From contig CACISK010000001.1 in the NCBI GenBank assembly GCA_902589315.1, positions 133,504-197,503 on the forward strand: 64,000 nucleotides of DNA, read 5' to 3'. The DNA comes from an uncultured Pelagibacteraceae bacterium (GTDB lineage Bacteria > Pseudomonadota > Alphaproteobacteria > Pelagibacterales > Pelagibacteraceae). Every line of letters begins with the position of its first letter. Positions within the stretch are counted from its first letter, which is position 1. A program made the position numbers and the translations under genes. Below are positions 21,818 through 36,871 of the stretch, in pieces. Under the pieces are notes generated by a model. That model was not told where the DNA came from. It saw only the letters and a program-made list of their open reading frames with translations, and made no database searches.

Positions 21818-22885
21818 ATGTCTGATATTAAAAAAATAAAAGATGATTATATCGATAAGGTTAATACAGAAAATAACATTGAAAAAGTAAAAAATATCAA
21901 ATCCGAACTATTTGGAAAAAATGGAATTATATCGAACGAATTTAAAAAATTAGGTTCGATTTCTGTAGAGGAAAGAAAAAAATTAGCCTCAGATTTAAAT
22001 AATATTAAAGATGAACTTCAAAATAAAATATCAATCAAAATTCAAGAAATTGAAACTAAAGAAATTAATTTAAAGCTTGAGAAAGAAAAAATTGATGTAA
22101 CTCTTCCAGAAAGAAATATTGAAATTGGTAAAATTCATCCAGTCTCCCAGGTAATAGATGAAATTTCATCTATATTTTCTGAAATAGGATTTAGTGTTGA
22201 GGAAGGCCCAGATGTAGAAAATGAATATAATAATTTTACAGCATTAAATACACCGGATAACCATCCAGCTAGAGATATGCATGATACTTTTTATCTTGAT
22301 AATAATAAGGAATTACTTTTGAGAACTCACACATCTCCAGTTCAGGTAAGAACTATGCTAAAAGGTAAACCTCCTTTTAAAATTATTGCTCCAGGACGAA
22401 CTTACAGATCAGATAGTGATCAAACCCATGCTCCGATGTTTCATCAGGTTGAGGGACTTCATATAGATAAGAATATAAATATGGGACATTTAAAAGGATG
22501 TTTAAATTATTTTATTAAGGAGTTTTTTGAAGTTGATAAAATTAAAATGAGATTCAGACCAAGTCATTTTCCATTTACAGAACCTTCAGCAGAAGTAGAT
22601 ATAGGATATGAAATTAAAAATGGAAAGATAGTAATTGGCGAAGGTAATAAATGGTTAGAAATTCTAGGCTGTGGAATGGTTCATCCAAATGTTTTAAAAA
22701 ATGTAAATGTTAATCCAAGTAAATATCAAGGATATGCCTTTGGAATTGGCATAGACAGACTAGGAATGTTAAAATATGGAATTAATGATTTAAGAGCCTT
22801 TTTTGAGACTGATTATAGATGGTTAAGTCACTTTGGCTTTGATCCATTGGATGTCCCTTCAAATTATAGAGGACTAAGTAGATGA
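21818..22885 (+). CDS. pheS: Phenylalanine-tRNA ligase alpha subunit
   Basis: [28 protein letters not shown]. Confidence 0.97.
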   Translation: MSDIKKIKDDYIDKVNTENNIEKVKNIKSELFGKNGIISNEFKKLGSISVEERKKLASDLNNIKDELQNKISIKIQEIETKEINLKLEKEKIDVTLPERNIEIGKIHPVSQVIDEISSIFSEIGFSVEEGPDVENEYNNFTALNTPDNHPARDMHDTFYLDNNKELLLRTHTSPVQVRTMLKGKPPFKIIAPGRTYRSDSDQTHAPMFHQVEGLHIDKNINMGHLKGCLNYFIKEFFEVDKIKMRFRPSHFPFTEPSAEVDIGYEIKNGKIVIGEGNKWLEILGCGMVHPNVLKNVNVNPSKYQGYAFGIGIDRLGMLKYGINDLRAFFETDYRWLSHFGFDPLDVPSNYRGLSR

Positions 22886-25290
22886 AGTTCACAGTTGACT
22901 GGTTAAAAAACCATCTTGATACAAAATTTAACAATAATCAAATAATAGATAAATTAACTAATATTGGTCTAGAAGTAGAAAGTTTTGAGAGTCCTACATC
23001 TGAATTAGATACATTTATTGTTGCAAAAATTATAAATGCCAAAACTCATCCAAATGCCGACAGATTGAAGTTATGTGATGTTGATATAGGTAGCGACAAA
23101 ACAATTGAAGTAGTATGTGGAGCCCCAAATGCAAAAAATGGTCTTTTGACTGTTTATGCACCTCCAGGATCGATTATTCCTAAAAATCAGATGAAATTAT
23201 CTGTAAGTAAAATAAGAGGTGTAACATCATATGGAATGCTCTGTTCTGAGTCGGAATTACTATTATCCAATGAAAGTGATGGAATTATAGAATTAAAAAA
23301 CAATAAATATGCAAATAAAATTGGAGAAAAATATTTTAAAAACACTTCTGAAAAAGTAATAGATTTATCAATTACGCCCAATAGACCAGATTGTTTAGGA
23401 GTAAGAGGAATTGCTAGAGATTTATCTGCTGCTGGTGCTGGTAAATTAAAAATTAATAAAAAATCCAATTTAAAATATAGAGGTAATCAAAATATAAACG
23501 TAACAATAAAAAAAGAAAAAGCTCAAGGATGCACAATATTTGGAAGTTGTTTAATAAGAGGTGTAGCAAATAAAGAGAGTCCAAAATGGCTAAAAGATAA
23601 AATTCTGTCTTTAGGCCAAAAACCAATATCTGCGATAGTCGATATTACTAATTATGTAATGTTTGATTTAAATAGACCATTACACGCTTATGATGCAGAT
23701 AAAATAGATAATGAAATTATTGTTAGAAGTTCTTCTAAAGGAGAAAGCTTCGAAGCCTTAGATAATAAAAAATATATTTTAGAAAATGATATGTGCGTTA
23801 TTTCTGACAGATCTGGAGTCCTTGGTCTTGGAGGCATAATTGGTGGGACAAGATCTGGAACAGAATATTCGACTAAAAATATATTATTAGAATCTGCTTA
23901 TTTTTTACCACGTTCAATAAGAAAAACCTCTAAACAATTAAATATAGATACAGATGCAAAATTCAGATTCGAAAGAGGCATAGATCCTCTTTCAATTGAA
24001 GAAGGATTAATAAAAGCTTCTGAACTAATAAAACAAATTTGCGGAGGTGAAATAAGCAATTTAGATGTAAAAAAAAACGAAAATTATAAAAAAACAATAA
24101 TAAATTTTGATCCATTTCTTTTTGAAAAAACGACTGGATTTAATGTTGAAAATAATGAATTAATCAAAATACTAGAAAAGTTAGGTTTTAATGTATCAAA
24201 GAATAAAAAAATTTTAAAACTAGCAATACCATCATGGAGACCTGATATAACTCAACCAATTGATATTGTTGAAGAAATAGTGAGAATAAAAGGTTATGAA
24301 CATATTAATACTTCAGAACCTATTAAGACAAGATTAAAGCCAACACTTAATTATTATCAGAAATTATTTCATTTTTTACAAAGATCTGTCGCATCCAAAG
24401 GTTATTTAGAGACCGTGACATGGTCATTTACAGATTCTAAAATTAATCAATTATTTAAAGAAAATGATGAAGAAATACCAATTGTAAATCCGATTAGTTC
24501 AGATCTAAATGTTCTAAGAAATTCTATTTTCCCAAATTTGATATTCTATTTAAAGAAAAACTTAGATAGAGGATTTAAGGATATTTCTTTATTTGAAATT
24601 GGTCCGTCGTTTAAAGGAAAAAATCCTGGAGATCAACTGACTGTGATAGGTGCTGTAAGAGCAGGAAAGGTTTCAAGGCTATCTTGGAATGATAAAGAAA
24701 GAATTGTAGATACATTCGATGTAAAAAAAGATGTAATACAAAGTCTTTATGAAGCAGGGATTAATAAAGATGATATTATTATAGATGATAGATCTCCTTC
24801 TTACTATCACCCAGGAAAATCTGGAGGAGTATACCAAAATAAAAAAGAAAAAAATGCTATAGCATATTTTGGTGAAATACATCCAAACATAATAAAAAAA
24901 TTAGATATAAAAACTGAAGGATTGGTAATATTTGAAATTTGTCTTGATTACATAAAAGACTCAAAACAAAAAATAAAAGATTCAAAATCTGAATATAAAT
25001 TTTCTGATTATCAAAAATCAGAGAGAGATTTTGCATTTATTATTAATAAAAATTTTAAATCTCAAGAATTAGTTAATATAATTAAATCTGTTGATAACAA
25101 ATTAATTAAGTCAGTAAGAGTATTTGATGTATTTGAGGGAGAAAATATCCCAGAGGGAAAAAAATCTATAGCTGTTAATGTAACTATTCAGTCAGAAGAA
25201 AAAACATTAAATGAAAATGACCTGGACAACATTAATAAACTAATTATCTCTTCAGTTGAGTCAAATTCTGGCGCAAAAATTAGATCCTAA
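22882..25290 (+). CDS. pheT: Phenylalanine-tRNA ligase beta subunit
   Basis: [29 protein letters not shown]. Confidence 0.96.
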   Translation: MKFTVDWLKNHLDTKFNNNQIIDKLTNIGLEVESFESPTSELDTFIVAKIINAKTHPNADRLKLCDVDIGSDKTIEVVCGAPNAKNGLLTVYAPPGSIIPKNQMKLSVSKIRGVTSYGMLCSESELLLSNESDGIIELKNNKYANKIGEKYFKNTSEKVIDLSITPNRPDCLGVRGIARDLSAAGAGKLKINKKSNLKYRGNQNINVTIKKEKAQGCTIFGSCLIRGVANKESPKWLKDKILSLGQKPISAIVDITNYVMFDLNRPLHAYDADKIDNEIIVRSSSKGESFEALDNKKYILENDMCVISDRSGVLGLGGIIGGTRSGTEYSTKNILLESAYFLPRSIRKTSKQLNIDTDAKFRFERGIDPLSIEEGLIKASELIKQICGGEISNLDVKKNENYKKTIINFDPFLFEKTTGFNVENNELIKILEKLGFNVSKNKKILKLAIPSWRPDITQPIDIVEEIVRIKGYEHINTSEPIKTRLKPTLNYYQKLFHFLQRSVASKGYLETVTWSFTDSKINQLFKENDEEIPIVNPISSDLNVLRNSIFPNLIFYLKKNLDRGFKDISLFEIGPSFKGKNPGDQLTVIGAVRAGKVSRLSWNDKERIVDTFDVKKDVIQSLYEAGINKDDIIIDDRSPSYYHPGKSGGVYQNKKEKNAIAYFGEIHPNIIKKLDIKTEGLVIFEICLDYIKDSKQKIKDSKSEYKFSDYQKSERDFAFIINKNFKSQELVNIIKSVDNKLIKSVRVFDVFEGENIPEGKKSIAVNVTIQSEEKTLNENDLDNINKLIISSVESNSGAKIRS

Positions 25291-25292
25291 AA

Positions 25293-27101
25293 ATGAGCAA
25301 TACAATAGACAATATTAGGAATTTTGCAATTATAGCTCATATAGATCATGGTAAATCAACTATAGCTGACAGAATAATTCATAAATGTGGAGGGTTGAGT
25401 GATAGAGAAATGAAATCTCAAGTGCTTGATTCTATGGATATAGAAAGAGAGAGAGGGATAACAATTAAAGCACAAACAGTTAAATTAAATTATAAAGCTA
25501 AAAATGGTAAAAAATATATTTTAAATATTATAGACACCCCAGGACATGTAGATTTTAGTTATGAAGTTAGTAGAAGCCTTTATGCGTGTGAGGGCTCAAT
25601 ATTAATTGTAGATAGTACTCAAGGCGTAGAAGCACAAACACTTGCAAATGTATATCAAGCACTTGATATAAATCATGAGATTATTCCAGTATTAAATAAA
25701 ATTGATTTACCAGCATCTGACCTTGAAAGAACAAATAATCAAATTGAAGATGTTATTGGCATAGATACATCTAATTCTGTTCCTTGCTCTGGAAAAACTG
25801 GACAAGGAATAGATGAAATTCTTGAGCAAATTATTAATTCTTTGCCTGGACCGAAAGGTGAAAAAAATAGCAAATTAAAATGTTTATTAGTTGATAGCTG
25901 GTATGACACTTATCTAGGGGTAGTTATATTGGTTAGAATTATAGACGGAAAACTAAAAAAAAATATGAAAATAAAAATGATGTCTACAAATCAAGAATAT
26001 ATAGTAGAAAAAGTTGGTGTTTTTACACCTAAGGCAAAAGATGTGAGTGAACTTAACGCTGGAGAAATAGGTTTTATTACAACTGGTATTAAAATTTTAT
26101 CAGAAACTAAAGTTGGAGATACTATATGTGATGCAGAAAATCCCCTCCAAGATGCATTACCAGGTTTTAAACCAAGTAAGCCAGTGGTTTTTTGTGGTTT
26201 GTTTCCTGTGGATAGTTCAGAATATCAAAAGTTAAAAGATGGACTTGCTAAATTACAATTAAATGACGCAAGTTTTTCTTATGAAGCAGAATCATCATCT
26301 GCCTTAGGACTTGGTTTTAGATGCGGATTTTTAGGTCTTTTACATCTTGAAATAATCACAGAAAGGCTAGAAAGAGAATTTGATATTAATTTATTAACTA
26401 CTACACCAGGTGTTGTTTACAAAGTTCACCTAAATAATGGTGAAATTGTTGAACTTCAAAATCCTTCAAATTTACCAGATCCTACTCATATTAAATTTAT
26501 TGAAGAACCATGGATTAAAGCTACAATTATTACCCCAGATCAGTATTTAGGATCAATTATTAAGTTATGTCAAAATAAAAGGGGCATACAAACAAATTTA
26601 AGTTATTCAGGAAATCGTGCAGTAATCATTTATGAGATACCTTTAAATGAGGTCGTATTTGATTTTAATGATCGTCTTAAATCTATGACAAGCGGATATG
26701 CTAGTTTTGATTATGAAATTATTGATCACAAAGAAGGAGATCTAGTAAAAATGAATATACTTGTAAACTCAGAGCCTGTTGATGCTCTAGCAATGATGAT
26801 ACATAAAGAATTTGCTCAAACTACAGGTAGAGAAGTATGTGAAAAATTAAAAGATTTAATTCCAAGGCATAATTTTATGATACCGGTTCAAGCAGCTATT
26901 GGAGGTAAAATTATCGCTAGAGAAACTATCAAAGGTTTTAAAAAGGATGTATTAACAAAAATTCATGGAGGTGGGGCAACAGATAGAAAAAGAAAACTTC
27001 TAGAAAAACAGAAAAAAGGTAAAGCTAGAGCTAAGCAATTTGGAAAAGTTGAGATTCCTCAAGAAGCATTTATTGGTGTTTTAAGAATTAATAAAGAATG
27101 A
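25293..27101 (+). CDS. lepA: Elongation factor 4
   Basis: [38 protein letters not shown]. Confidence 0.97.
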   Translation: MSNTIDNIRNFAIIAHIDHGKSTIADRIIHKCGGLSDREMKSQVLDSMDIERERGITIKAQTVKLNYKAKNGKKYILNIIDTPGHVDFSYEVSRSLYACEGSILIVDSTQGVEAQTLANVYQALDINHEIIPVLNKIDLPASDLERTNNQIEDVIGIDTSNSVPCSGKTGQGIDEILEQIINSLPGPKGEKNSKLKCLLVDSWYDTYLGVVILVRIIDGKLKKNMKIKMMSTNQEYIVEKVGVFTPKAKDVSELNAGEIGFITTGIKILSETKVGDTICDAENPLQDALPGFKPSKPVVFCGLFPVDSSEYQKLKDGLAKLQLNDASFSYEAESSSALGLGFRCGFLGLLHLEIITERLEREFDINLLTTTPGVVYKVHLNNGEIVELQNPSNLPDPTHIKFIEEPWIKATIITPDQYLGSIIKLCQNKRGIQTNLSYSGNRAVIIYEIPLNEVVFDFNDRLKSMTSGYASFDYEIIDHKEGDLVKMNILVNSEPVDALAMMIHKEFAQTTGREVCEKLKDLIPRHNFMIPVQAAIGGKIIARETIKGFKKDVLTKIHGGGATDRKRKLLEKQKKGKARAKQFGKVEIPQEAFIGVLRINKE

Positions 27102-27886
27102 CAAAAGATATAATAATCCTAATTTTATTTTTAATAATTTTGTTTCTAACGTATAAAACAAATAAAAAAAAAGTTAAAAATTTGTTTTATAAAAGTAAAA
27201 TAAAACAAATAAATATATCTGAGCTAGACAAAATTTTTAATGAGAAATTGATAAGTAAAAATTTAAAAGGCCCTAAAGAAGACACTATAATTAAAAGTTT
27301 TATTATTTCCCCGCAAAATAAAATTGTAGGAATGACCTCTGACTATGAAGCGTGGATAATATCTGTGTTAAGTAAAAAAAGTAATAATATATTTGAATTT
27401 GGTACTTGTAGTGGAAAAACTACTTATTTAATGGCGCTCAATTCAAATAAAGATGCTAGAATTACATCCTTAACTCTTGGGCCAGACCAAGTAAAAAATT
27501 TAAATAAAAAAAACACAGATAATAAGATTTCATTTAGAAATATAATAAATGAGAGTATATATGAAAAATTTCTATTTTCAGGTACTGATGTTGAGAATAA
27601 AATTAATATTATTTTTGAAGACTCAACCAAGTTTGATGAGAGCAAATATATAAATAAATTTGATTTAATATTTATAGATGGCGGTCATACTTATTCTGTT
27701 GTAAAAAATGATACAAAGAAATCATTCAAAATGCTCAACAAAAACGGAATAATTTTATGGCATGATTACGTTCCTGGTAAAGAGTCAGCTAAAAATGTCG
27801 TGAATTATTTAAATGAAATTTCTAAAGAGAAAAATATTTTAAATATCAGAAATACATCATTATGTGTATTTAGAAATAGTGATTAA
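27098..27886 (+). CDS. Class I SAM-dependent methyltransferase (Methyltransf_24-like) with N-terminal TM anchor
   Basis: [30 protein letters not shown]. Confidence 0.8.
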   Translation: MTKDIIILILFLIILFLTYKTNKKKVKNLFYKSKIKQINISELDKIFNEKLISKNLKGPKEDTIIKSFIISPQNKIVGMTSDYEAWIISVLSKKSNNIFEFGTCSGKTTYLMALNSNKDARITSLTLGPDQVKNLNKKNTDNKISFRNIINESIYEKFLFSGTDVENKINIIFEDSTKFDESKYINKFDLIFIDGGHTYSVVKNDTKKSFKMLNKNGIILWHDYVPGKESAKNVVNYLNEISKEKNILNIRNTSLCVFRNSD

Positions 27887-27887
27887 A

Positions 27888-27977
27888 GGAGAGGTGGCCG
27901 AGCGGTTGAAGGCGCACGCTTGGAAAGCGTGTATAGGGGAAACTCTATCATGGGTTCGAATCCCATTCTCTCCGCCA
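27888..27977 (+). tRNA. tRNA-Ser(GGA)
   Basis: GGAGAGG...TCTCTCC-G-CCA, anticodon loop TT-GGA-AA, long variable arm. Confidence 0.95.
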
Positions 27978-28123
27978 TATTTTTATTAGAAAAATGATCT
28001 TTTTGACAGGTTTTAAAAAAATAGAAAAAAAATCTAAAAAACATCAAAAAAACGTTGGTATCCAACACTAATTTAAGCATTTGTACTTATGCCATTTTTA
28101 AATTTTTTGTAAAAATGTTATAA

Positions 28124-30205
<2,082 letters not shown>

Positions 30206-31486
30206 ATGGATTTAAAAGAATCTGTCAAAACAGCATCACTAAATAAGTCTACTTATGTAAATTTAAGATGGATAGGAATTTTAGGTCAATTTATAACTAT
30301 AAACACGGTAAAATTTGTTTTTAATTTCGAATTCAATTTTATTTTATCTAATCTGATTATTTTTGTTGGAGTTTTAAGTAATCTATACTTAATATTTTTC
30401 TATAAAAAATCTTTACTTTCAAATGTTTCCTCTTTTAATTTTTTGTCTTTAGATATTCTTCAATTGAGTGCTTTGCTTTATTTATCTGGAGGTATTTTAA
30501 ATCCATTTTCAATATTTCTCTTAATTCCAAGCGTATTCGCTGCATCCAATTTAAATATTAAAACAAATATTGCTTTAATTGTAATTACTCTAGCATCAAT
30601 TGTATTTTTAACTTTTTATCATTATGAAATGCCAAAACCATTAGATGAATATAGTATTAGCTTGTATTATTACTATGCAATTCCTCTAGCACTGATAATT
30701 GCATTATTTTTTTTGAATTATTTTGCCTTTATTTTTGGACAAGAAACAAATCTTAGGAAAGATGCTTTAGATAAAATCCAAGAAGTAATTTCCAAAGAAC
30801 ACGAACTTGTTTCACTCGGGGGACAAGCCGCAGCCGCAGCCCATTCATTTGGCACCCCATTGTCTACAATTAAAATTATTTCTCACGATTTATTTGACCA
30901 ATTTAAAGACAATGACGATGTAAAAAAAGATCTCGAACTATTAATTAGTCAAGTTAATAGGTGTAATGATATTTTAAAAAAACTAACATTAAATCCTACT
31001 ATAGAAGATGATTTTATTGACAAAAATAAAACGCTTTACGATTATATCAATGAGATAGTTAACTCATTTCAGGAAATTTCAAATAAGAACTTCAATATTG
31101 ATAAAGAGCAAGATTCTAACTCATTTGAAATACTAAAATCTGTTGAAATTGTTTATGGTTTGAGGAATTTTATTGGAAATGCTAACAAATTTTCAAGTGA
31201 AAATATCTATATTGCTATCAAAAGCAACAGTCAGAAGACTGAAATAACAATAGAGGATGATGGCCCTGGTATACCAAAAGATATACTTAATAAGGTTGGA
31301 GAGCCTTATATTAAGACACTTAAACCTAAAGATAATAAAAAAGCTGGGTTAGGCTTAGGGATTTTTATTGGCAAAACTTTGTTAGAAAAAAATTCTGCCA
31401 AAATAACAATTAGAAATTCAGAAACTAGAGGTGGAGCAGAAGTAAAAATAGAGTGGGAAAATAAAAATTTAAAAAAATTAGTGTAA
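30206..31486 (+). CDS. regB: RegB/PrrB/ActS-family redox sensor histidine kinase
   Basis: [15 protein letters not shown] quinone-binding motif, [12 protein letters not shown]-box, GLGLG G-box. Confidence 0.88.
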   Translation: MDLKESVKTASLNKSTYVNLRWIGILGQFITINTVKFVFNFEFNFILSNLIIFVGVLSNLYLIFFYKKSLLSNVSSFNFLSLDILQLSALLYLSGGILNPFSIFLLIPSVFAASNLNIKTNIALIVITLASIVFLTFYHYEMPKPLDEYSISLYYYYAIPLALIIALFFLNYFAFIFGQETNLRKDALDKIQEVISKEHELVSLGGQAAAAAHSFGTPLSTIKIISHDLFDQFKDNDDVKKDLELLISQVNRCNDILKKLTLNPTIEDDFIDKNKTLYDYINEIVNSFQEISNKNFNIDKEQDSNSFEILKSVEIVYGLRNFIGNANKFSSENIYIAIKSNSQKTEITIEDDGPGIPKDILNKVGEPYIKTLKPKDNKKAGLGLGIFIGKTLLEKNSAKITIRNSETRGGAEVKIEWENKNLKKLV

Positions 31487-33268
31487 TTTTTTATTATTTT
31501 CAAACAAACCACTAAGCTGACCAATCATTACATCCCCTAACTCTTGAACATCAGCTATTTTTATCGCTTTTTTGTAATATCTTGAAACGTCGTGGCCTAT
31601 ACCTATTGCAAGAATTTCGATATCGCTTTTGTTTTCTATTGATTTTACTGTTTGCTTTAGATGTTTTTCCAAAAAATCACCTGAGTTAACAGACAATGTT
31701 GAGTCATCAACTGGAGCTCCATCTGAAATAACCATAAGAATTTTTCTTTCTTCTTTTCTTTTTTTAAGTCTATTGAAAGCCCAAGTAATAGCTTCACCAT
31801 CAATATTTTCTTTAAGCAAACCCTCTTTTAGCATTAAGCCTAAATTTTTTTTTGATTGTCTCCAGTGAGTATCAGCAGATTTATAAATTATATGTCTTAA
31901 GTCATTCAAACGTCCTGGATTTTTAAATTTTCCAAGTTTATTCCACTTTTCTCTACTTTTACCGCCTTTCCAATTTTTTGTTGTGAAACCAAGAATTTCT
32001 ACTTTAACTGAACATCTTTCTAATGTTCTTGACAATATATCAGCACAAAGGGCTGCAATAGTAATTGGTCTACCTCTCATTGATCCAGAATTATCTATGA
32101 GTAAAGTCACAACTGTATCTTTAAACTCAAAATCTTTCTCTTTTTTAAAGGAAAGAGAATTATATGGATCAATTATTATTCTTGGTAATTTTGAACTATC
32201 TAATAAACCCTCCTCAAGATCAAATTCCCAAGATCTATTTTGTTTTGCAAGTAACTGTCTTTGTAATTTATTTGCGAGTTTTGTAATTATGTCTTGGAAA
32301 CTAGTTAACTGTTGATCTAAATTTTTTCTTAATTTAGAAATTTCCTCTGAATTTTCCAATGTTTCTGCTTTTGCTGTCTCATCAAATTCTGAAGTATATA
32401 TTTTATATTCTTTATTACTTATTCCTAAATTTTTTTTCTGAACAATATTTTCTATTTCATTATTTTCAGCGTCATCATTTCCAAGTTGTTCATCAAGTCT
32501 AAATTCATTCATTTCGTCAGAACTATCAACACCTTCATTGATACTATCTTCCTCTTCTCTTTCCTGAGATTCTCCACTATCTGTTTTATGATCATCTTTT
32601 GAATTGTTATTATCTTGCTCATCTTCTTTCTGCTCTTCCCTTTTGTTTTCTTCTTCGGACTCAAAGATTTCCATATTCTGAAGAATTTCTGATATTTTGG
32701 AATTGTATATGTCTTGATTCTCTGCATTTTCTTTTAAAAAGTCTATGTGTTTATCTAAAGATTTTTCAAAATCATCTTTCCAGTATGATAAGATTTTTTT
32801 AGCGCTTTCAGATAAACTTACGTCCATTAGTTTATTAAGCATGTAATATTCAAAAGCTTCAGAAACATTAGACTCCTCTTTCTTTTTTATATTATCAGAT
32901 TTTGCCATACCAATTTTATTGTTATATTTGGTCATTAAATTTTTTGAAATTCCCCTCATCATTTGTGATCCTAAAAGTTCATATCTTATTTTCTCAGAAA
33001 TTTTATACAGTGTATGGCAAGTAGGTGTTTTTGGAATATTTTGTTCCAAAGTAGAATTATCAGAAAATTTTCTTTTTAATGCCTCCGAGTCAGCCTCAGC
33101 TCTTAATTTAATAAAGTTTTCCTTATCTTTTAAATTATCAAATTTAGAAATATTAAATTCTTTTAAATTTTTTTTATCTTTTAATGAATGTGTTTCACCT
33201 GAAATGGCTTTAATCGTTGAGTTTAAAGCTTGTTTAAATTGCTCTTTTATAAGATCATCTTTGTTCAT
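31478..33268 (-). CDS. cobT: CobT-like vWA protein
   Basis: [46 protein letters not shown]. Confidence 0.92.
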   Translation of the reverse strand: MNKDDLIKEQFKQALNSTIKAISGETHSLKDKKNLKEFNISKFDNLKDKENFIKLRAEADSEALKRKFSDNSTLEQNIPKTPTCHTLYKISEKIRYELLGSQMMRGISKNLMTKYNNKIGMAKSDNIKKKEESNVSEAFEYYMLNKLMDVSLSESAKKILSYWKDDFEKSLDKHIDFLKENAENQDIYNSKISEILQNMEIFESEEENKREEQKEDEQDNNNSKDDHKTDSGESQEREEEDSINEGVDSSDEMNEFRLDEQLGNDDAENNEIENIVQKKNLGISNKEYKIYTSEFDETAKAETLENSEEISKLRKNLDQQLTSFQDIITKLANKLQRQLLAKQNRSWEFDLEEGLLDSSKLPRIIIDPYNSLSFKKEKDFEFKDTVVTLLIDNSGSMRGRPITIAALCADILSRTLERCSVKVEILGFTTKNWKGGKSREKWNKLGKFKNPGRLNDLRHIIYKSADTHWRQSKKNLGLMLKEGLLKENIDGEAITWAFNRLKKRKEERKILMVISDGAPVDDSTLSVNSGDFLEKHLKQTVKSIENKSDIEILAIGIGHDVSRYYKKAIKIADVQELGDVMIGQLSGLFENNKKLH

Positions 33269-34242
33269 TAAACCTGAATATTTATCATCGACTCTGGTAA
33301 TTCTTCACCAAAACATCTTTGATAGTATTCTGCGATTGTATTCTTTTCTACATCATCACATTTATTTAAAAAAGTCACTCTAAATGCATAGCCCACATCT
33401 TTAAATATTTCGGAATTTTCTGCCCAATGTAGTACTGTCCTAGGACTCATAACAGTTGAAATATCTCCAGCCATAAAGCCTTTTCTTGTTAATGTCGCAA
33501 CTTTTATCATATTTGCAACCCTCTCTTTACCTTTATTATTATCTAGAGACTTGTTTTTTCCTAAAATAATTTCCATTTCTTTTTCCAAAGCTAAATAATT
33601 TAGTGTTGTAACGATGTTCCATCTATCCATTTGCCCCTGATTTATTTGTTGTGTTCCGTGATAGAGGCCAGTTGTATCTCCTAAACCAACAGTATTTGAA
33701 GTTGCAAATAATCTAAAATATTTATTTTGTTTAATGACCTTATTCTTATCTAATAAAGTAAAATTTCCCTCAGCTTCCAAAACTCTTTGAATTACAAACA
33801 TTACATCTGGTCTACCAGCATCATATTCATCAAATACTAAAGCTACTGGATTTTGTATCGACCAAGGAAGTATTCCCTCTTTGAATTCTGTAACTTGTTT
33901 GCCATCTTTAATTACGATTGAGTCTTTTCCAATTAAATCTATTCTACTAACATGGCTATCTAAGTTAATTCTGATACATGGCCAGTTCAATCTGGCTGCA
34001 ATTTGTTCTATATGTGTTGATTTACCTGTTCCGTGATAACCTTGTACTAAGACTCTTTTATTAAATGAAAATCCAGAGAGAATTGCTAAGGTTGTATCTT
34101 TATCAAATTTATAAGTTTTATCTATATCTGGCACATAATCAGTTTTTTTTGAAAATGCATCCACTTCCATATCAGAGTCAATACCGAATGTTTGTTTAAT
34201 CGATAATTTAATATCTGGAGTTTGTTCAATATTTGTTGTCAA
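33268..34242 (-). CDS. cobS: CobS-like AAA+ ATPase
   Basis: [10 protein letters not shown] Walker [11 protein letters not shown] Walker B, MSPRT. Confidence 0.93.
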   Translation of the reverse strand: MTTNIEQTPDIKLSIKQTFGIDSDMEVDAFSKKTDYVPDIDKTYKFDKDTTLAILSGFSFNKRVLVQGYHGTGKSTHIEQIAARLNWPCIRINLDSHVSRIDLIGKDSIVIKDGKQVTEFKEGILPWSIQNPVALVFDEYDAGRPDVMFVIQRVLEAEGNFTLLDKNKVIKQNKYFRLFATSNTVGLGDTTGLYHGTQQINQGQMDRWNIVTTLNYLALEKEMEIILGKNKSLDNNKGKERVANMIKVATLTRKGFMAGDISTVMSPRTVLHWAENSEIFKDVGYAFRVTFLNKCDDVEKNTIAEYYQRCFGEELPESMINIQV

Positions 34243-34759
34243 TTTTATCCTTATAAGTATTTTTTAATTGGGTATAAGCTAAAGTTATCACTTTAAGCTT
34301 ATCTTCAAATTTTTTATTGCCAGCATTCATATCAGGGTGAAATTTTTTCACAAGTCTTTTGAATTTTTCTTGTATTTTAGCCCATTTTAAACCAACTCCA
34401 ACACCCAAAATTTCAAAGGCCTTAAGGTCATTGTTATTAAACTTAAACTTATTCATATGATTAAAGTTACTAAAATCTTTAAATTTTCCATTTTCATCTT
34501 TTAAAGTGTTATTCCACAATATTTTGAAAAAATTATCTGAAGAGCTGAAACTCTGTGTTGGCTTATGCCATGTCATGTCAGACTTTAAAAAGTTGATTAC
34601 TTGTTCTTCGCTCATTCCTGAAAAATAATTCCAGCTTTTATTAAACTCTCTTACATGCTCAAGACAGAGAAGCCTATATTCTTTGCTATTATCCTTTTCT
34701 TTTGGAGCTTTGTAAAGTCCCTCTTCGTTACAATTATTCCATTCACAAATATTTTTCAT
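34226..34759 (-). CDS. J-domain protein with N-terminal Cys/His motif
   Basis: CEWNNC...[10 protein letters not shown] and C-terminal LVKKFHPD. Confidence 0.88.
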   Translation of the reverse strand: MKNICEWNNCNEEGLYKAPKEKDNSKEYRLLCLEHVREFNKSWNYFSGMSEEQVINFLKSDMTWHKPTQSFSSSDNFFKILWNNTLKDENGKFKDFSNFNHMNKFKFNNNDLKAFEILGVGVGLKWAKIQEKFKRLVKKFHPDMNAGNKKFEDKLKVITLAYTQLKNTYKDKIDNKY

Positions 34760-34779
34760 ATCCTATAATATCAAGATTA

Positions 34780-35040
34780 ATGGATATTAATCAACTTTCT
34801 AAAAAAATTGAAAATAAGCTTTTGAAAGATATTTCAATAAAAGACGTAAAGATAATTGATAACACTTATAAGCATTTAAAACATGATTCACATCAGAAAG
34901 GTAAATTTCATATTAAATTAGAAATAAATTCTGAGATATTAAAAAAAACGAATAGAGTTCAGGCTAATAAAGTAATTTACAAAATCTTAAGCGAAGAATT
35001 GAAAACTGATATTCATTCTCTACAAATAAGCTTTATTTAA
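34780..35040 (+). CDS. bolA: BolA-family protein
   Basis: HLKH...HIKLEI...DIHSLQI pattern. Start placed at ATG 34780. Syntenic with J-domain/cobS and aroB. Confidence 0.78.
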   Translation: MDINQLSKKIENKLLKDISIKDVKIIDNTYKHLKHDSHQKGKFHIKLEINSEILKKTNRVQANKVIYKILSEELKTDIHSLQISFI

Positions 35041-36135
35041 TTCTTTTAATAAAAACTTATTCAATTCACCAGATTTGGCCTGATAATTTAGGTTTAATTT
35101 ACCAAAATTCCTTATTAATATTAAGTTTATACTATCTGATTTATTTTTTTTATCACTTTTCATAAAATTTAGGATTGATGTAATTTTCCCCCTATTAAAA
35201 AGGTCTTGATACTTATTTTTAATTTCGATCTTTTTAATATGATTATTTATTAATTCTGAATTCAAATTTGAAATAATTTTCTTTTCTTTACTAAAATTTA
35301 CAGCATTCATTAAACCAAATATAACAGCTTCTCCATGATTTAATTTTTTTGAGTAACCAAGAGTAGCCTCGTATGCATGAGCAAAGGTATGGCCAAGATT
35401 TAAAGATTTTCTTAAATTTTTTTCTTTTTCGTCTTTTTCAATAATTTTTTTTTTTAATAAACAGCTATTCAATATTGCGTTAATTATAAAATTTCCTTCT
35501 AGATTTAAAATCTTATTAAAATTTTTATCTAAAAAAATAAAATTTTTTTTATTATCAATTAAACTACTTTTTAGTATTTCAGCATATCCACATATAATTT
35601 CTCTTTTGGGTAGAGTGCGCAGTAAATTAATTTCTGAAATTACTAAATCTGGCTGATAAAAACTTCCTACAAGATTTTTTCCGAATTTATTATTAATACC
35701 TGTTTTGCCACCTATTGAAGAGTCGACTTGTGCTAATAAAGTGGAGGGAATATTAATAAATTTTATTCCTCTTTTATATGTGCTGGCTGCATATCCAACT
35801 ACATCTCCTGTAATTCCTCCACCAAATGAAATTATACAGTCCTCTCTATAAAAATTATTTTTAAATAAAACATTATGTATTTTATCGATACTAACATAAC
35901 TTTTATTTTTTTCATTTGCATTAAAATTTAAAGTATAAATTTTTTTATTTTTTAAATTTCTTAAGAGTATTGTTATAAATTTTTTCGGTATCTTATTGTC
36001 AATTACAATCAAACATTTCGAAAATAATAATTTATTTTTTTTTAAAATATTTTTTAATTTTGGAATTAGATTGGTACCAATATGAACTTCGTAATTTTTA
36101 CTTTTAGTTTTAACCTTTATTATTTTTGATTTCAT
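35020..36135 (-). CDS. aroB: 3-dehydroquinate synthase
   Basis: GGGITGD, AQVDSSIGGKT, LNLGHTFAHA, HGEAV. Confidence 0.95.
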   Translation of the reverse strand: MKSKIIKVKTKSKNYEVHIGTNLIPKLKNILKKNKLLFSKCLIVIDNKIPKKFITILLRNLKNKKIYTLNFNANEKNKSYVSIDKIHNVLFKNNFYREDCIISFGGGITGDVVGYAASTYKRGIKFINIPSTLLAQVDSSIGGKTGINNKFGKNLVGSFYQPDLVISEINLLRTLPKREIICGYAEILKSSLIDNKKNFIFLDKNFNKILNLEGNFIINAILNSCLLKKKIIEKDEKEKNLRKSLNLGHTFAHAYEATLGYSKKLNHGEAVIFGLMNAVNFSKEKKIISNLNSELINNHIKKIEIKNKYQDLFNRGKITSILNFMKSDKKNKSDSINLILIRNFGKLNLNYQAKSGELNKFLLKELNKAYL

Positions 36136-36634
36136 ATTTTTTTATAATTTTACTTGCTATTTCATTTTTATTTAGCTGATCACAATTTATTGTGAAATCT
36201 GCCAAACTATATATTTTAGCTCTCTCATTTATTAGTTTCTCTAGATCTGTTTCACTTAATGTTATTGCTAGAGGTCTTTTTTTGCTACCATTTATTCTTT
36301 TAATTATTATATCTTTTTTCCAGTTCAACCAAAAACTAAAAGAACTTTTCTTACATTCTCTCCTAATATTAGTATTAATATACGCACCCCCGCCTAGCGA
36401 TAAAATTTGTTTTTCACTTTTTAAACATGATAATGTTATTTCTTCCTCACAGTCACGAAAGTATTTTTCACCCTTTTTTTTGAAAATTTCTGCAATTTTC
36501 ATTTTTTCTTTTTCCTCAATTTTATTATCTATATCAATAAATTTAAGTTTGGTTTGTTTAGAAATCAATTTTCCTATTAAAGTCTTTCCCGAACCCATCA
36601 TACCAACTAAAACTAGATTTTTATTTAATTCCAT
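36110..36634 (-). CDS. aroK: Shikimate kinase
   Basis: GMMGSGKT, GEKYFR, SLGGG, RPL. Confidence 0.94.
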   Translation of the reverse strand: MELNKNLVLVGMMGSGKTLIGKLISKQTKLKFIDIDNKIEEKEKMKIAEIFKKKGEKYFRDCEEEITLSCLKSEKQILSLGGGAYINTNIRRECKKSSFSFWLNWKKDIIIKRINGSKKRPLAITLSETDLEKLINERAKIYSLADFTINCDQLNKNEIASKIIKKYEIKNNKG

Positions 36635-36730
36635 ATATTTCTAAGTTGAAAAAACACAAATATGTCTTATTTTGATTTTACAAAATTATATGCTTTTAAA
36701 ACATTATAATACAAAGGAATATAACATAAT

Positions 36731-36871
36731 ATGAAATTTGCAATTAAAGCTGGAATTATTTTTTTTATATTAATTTTGTCTATTGTTGTTTTAAGTCAGA
36801 TTGATTTCCCATCTCCCAACAAAAAAATTGAAGTGATTTTGCCTAATGAAAATTTTAAAACAATCAAGTAA
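36731..36871 (+). CDS. Small single-TM protein (46 aa; not in ORF track)
   Basis: MKFAIKAGIIFFILILSIVVLSQIDFPSPNKKIEVILPNENFKTIK*. Overlaps the start of the next gene. Confidence 0.65.
   Translation: MKFAIKAGIIFFILILSIVVLSQIDFPSPNKKIEVILPNENFKTIK

Noticed and set aside
27883-28080. 65-aa minus-strand ORF (MAERMGFEP...)
   Set aside because: Antisense reading of tRNA-Ser.
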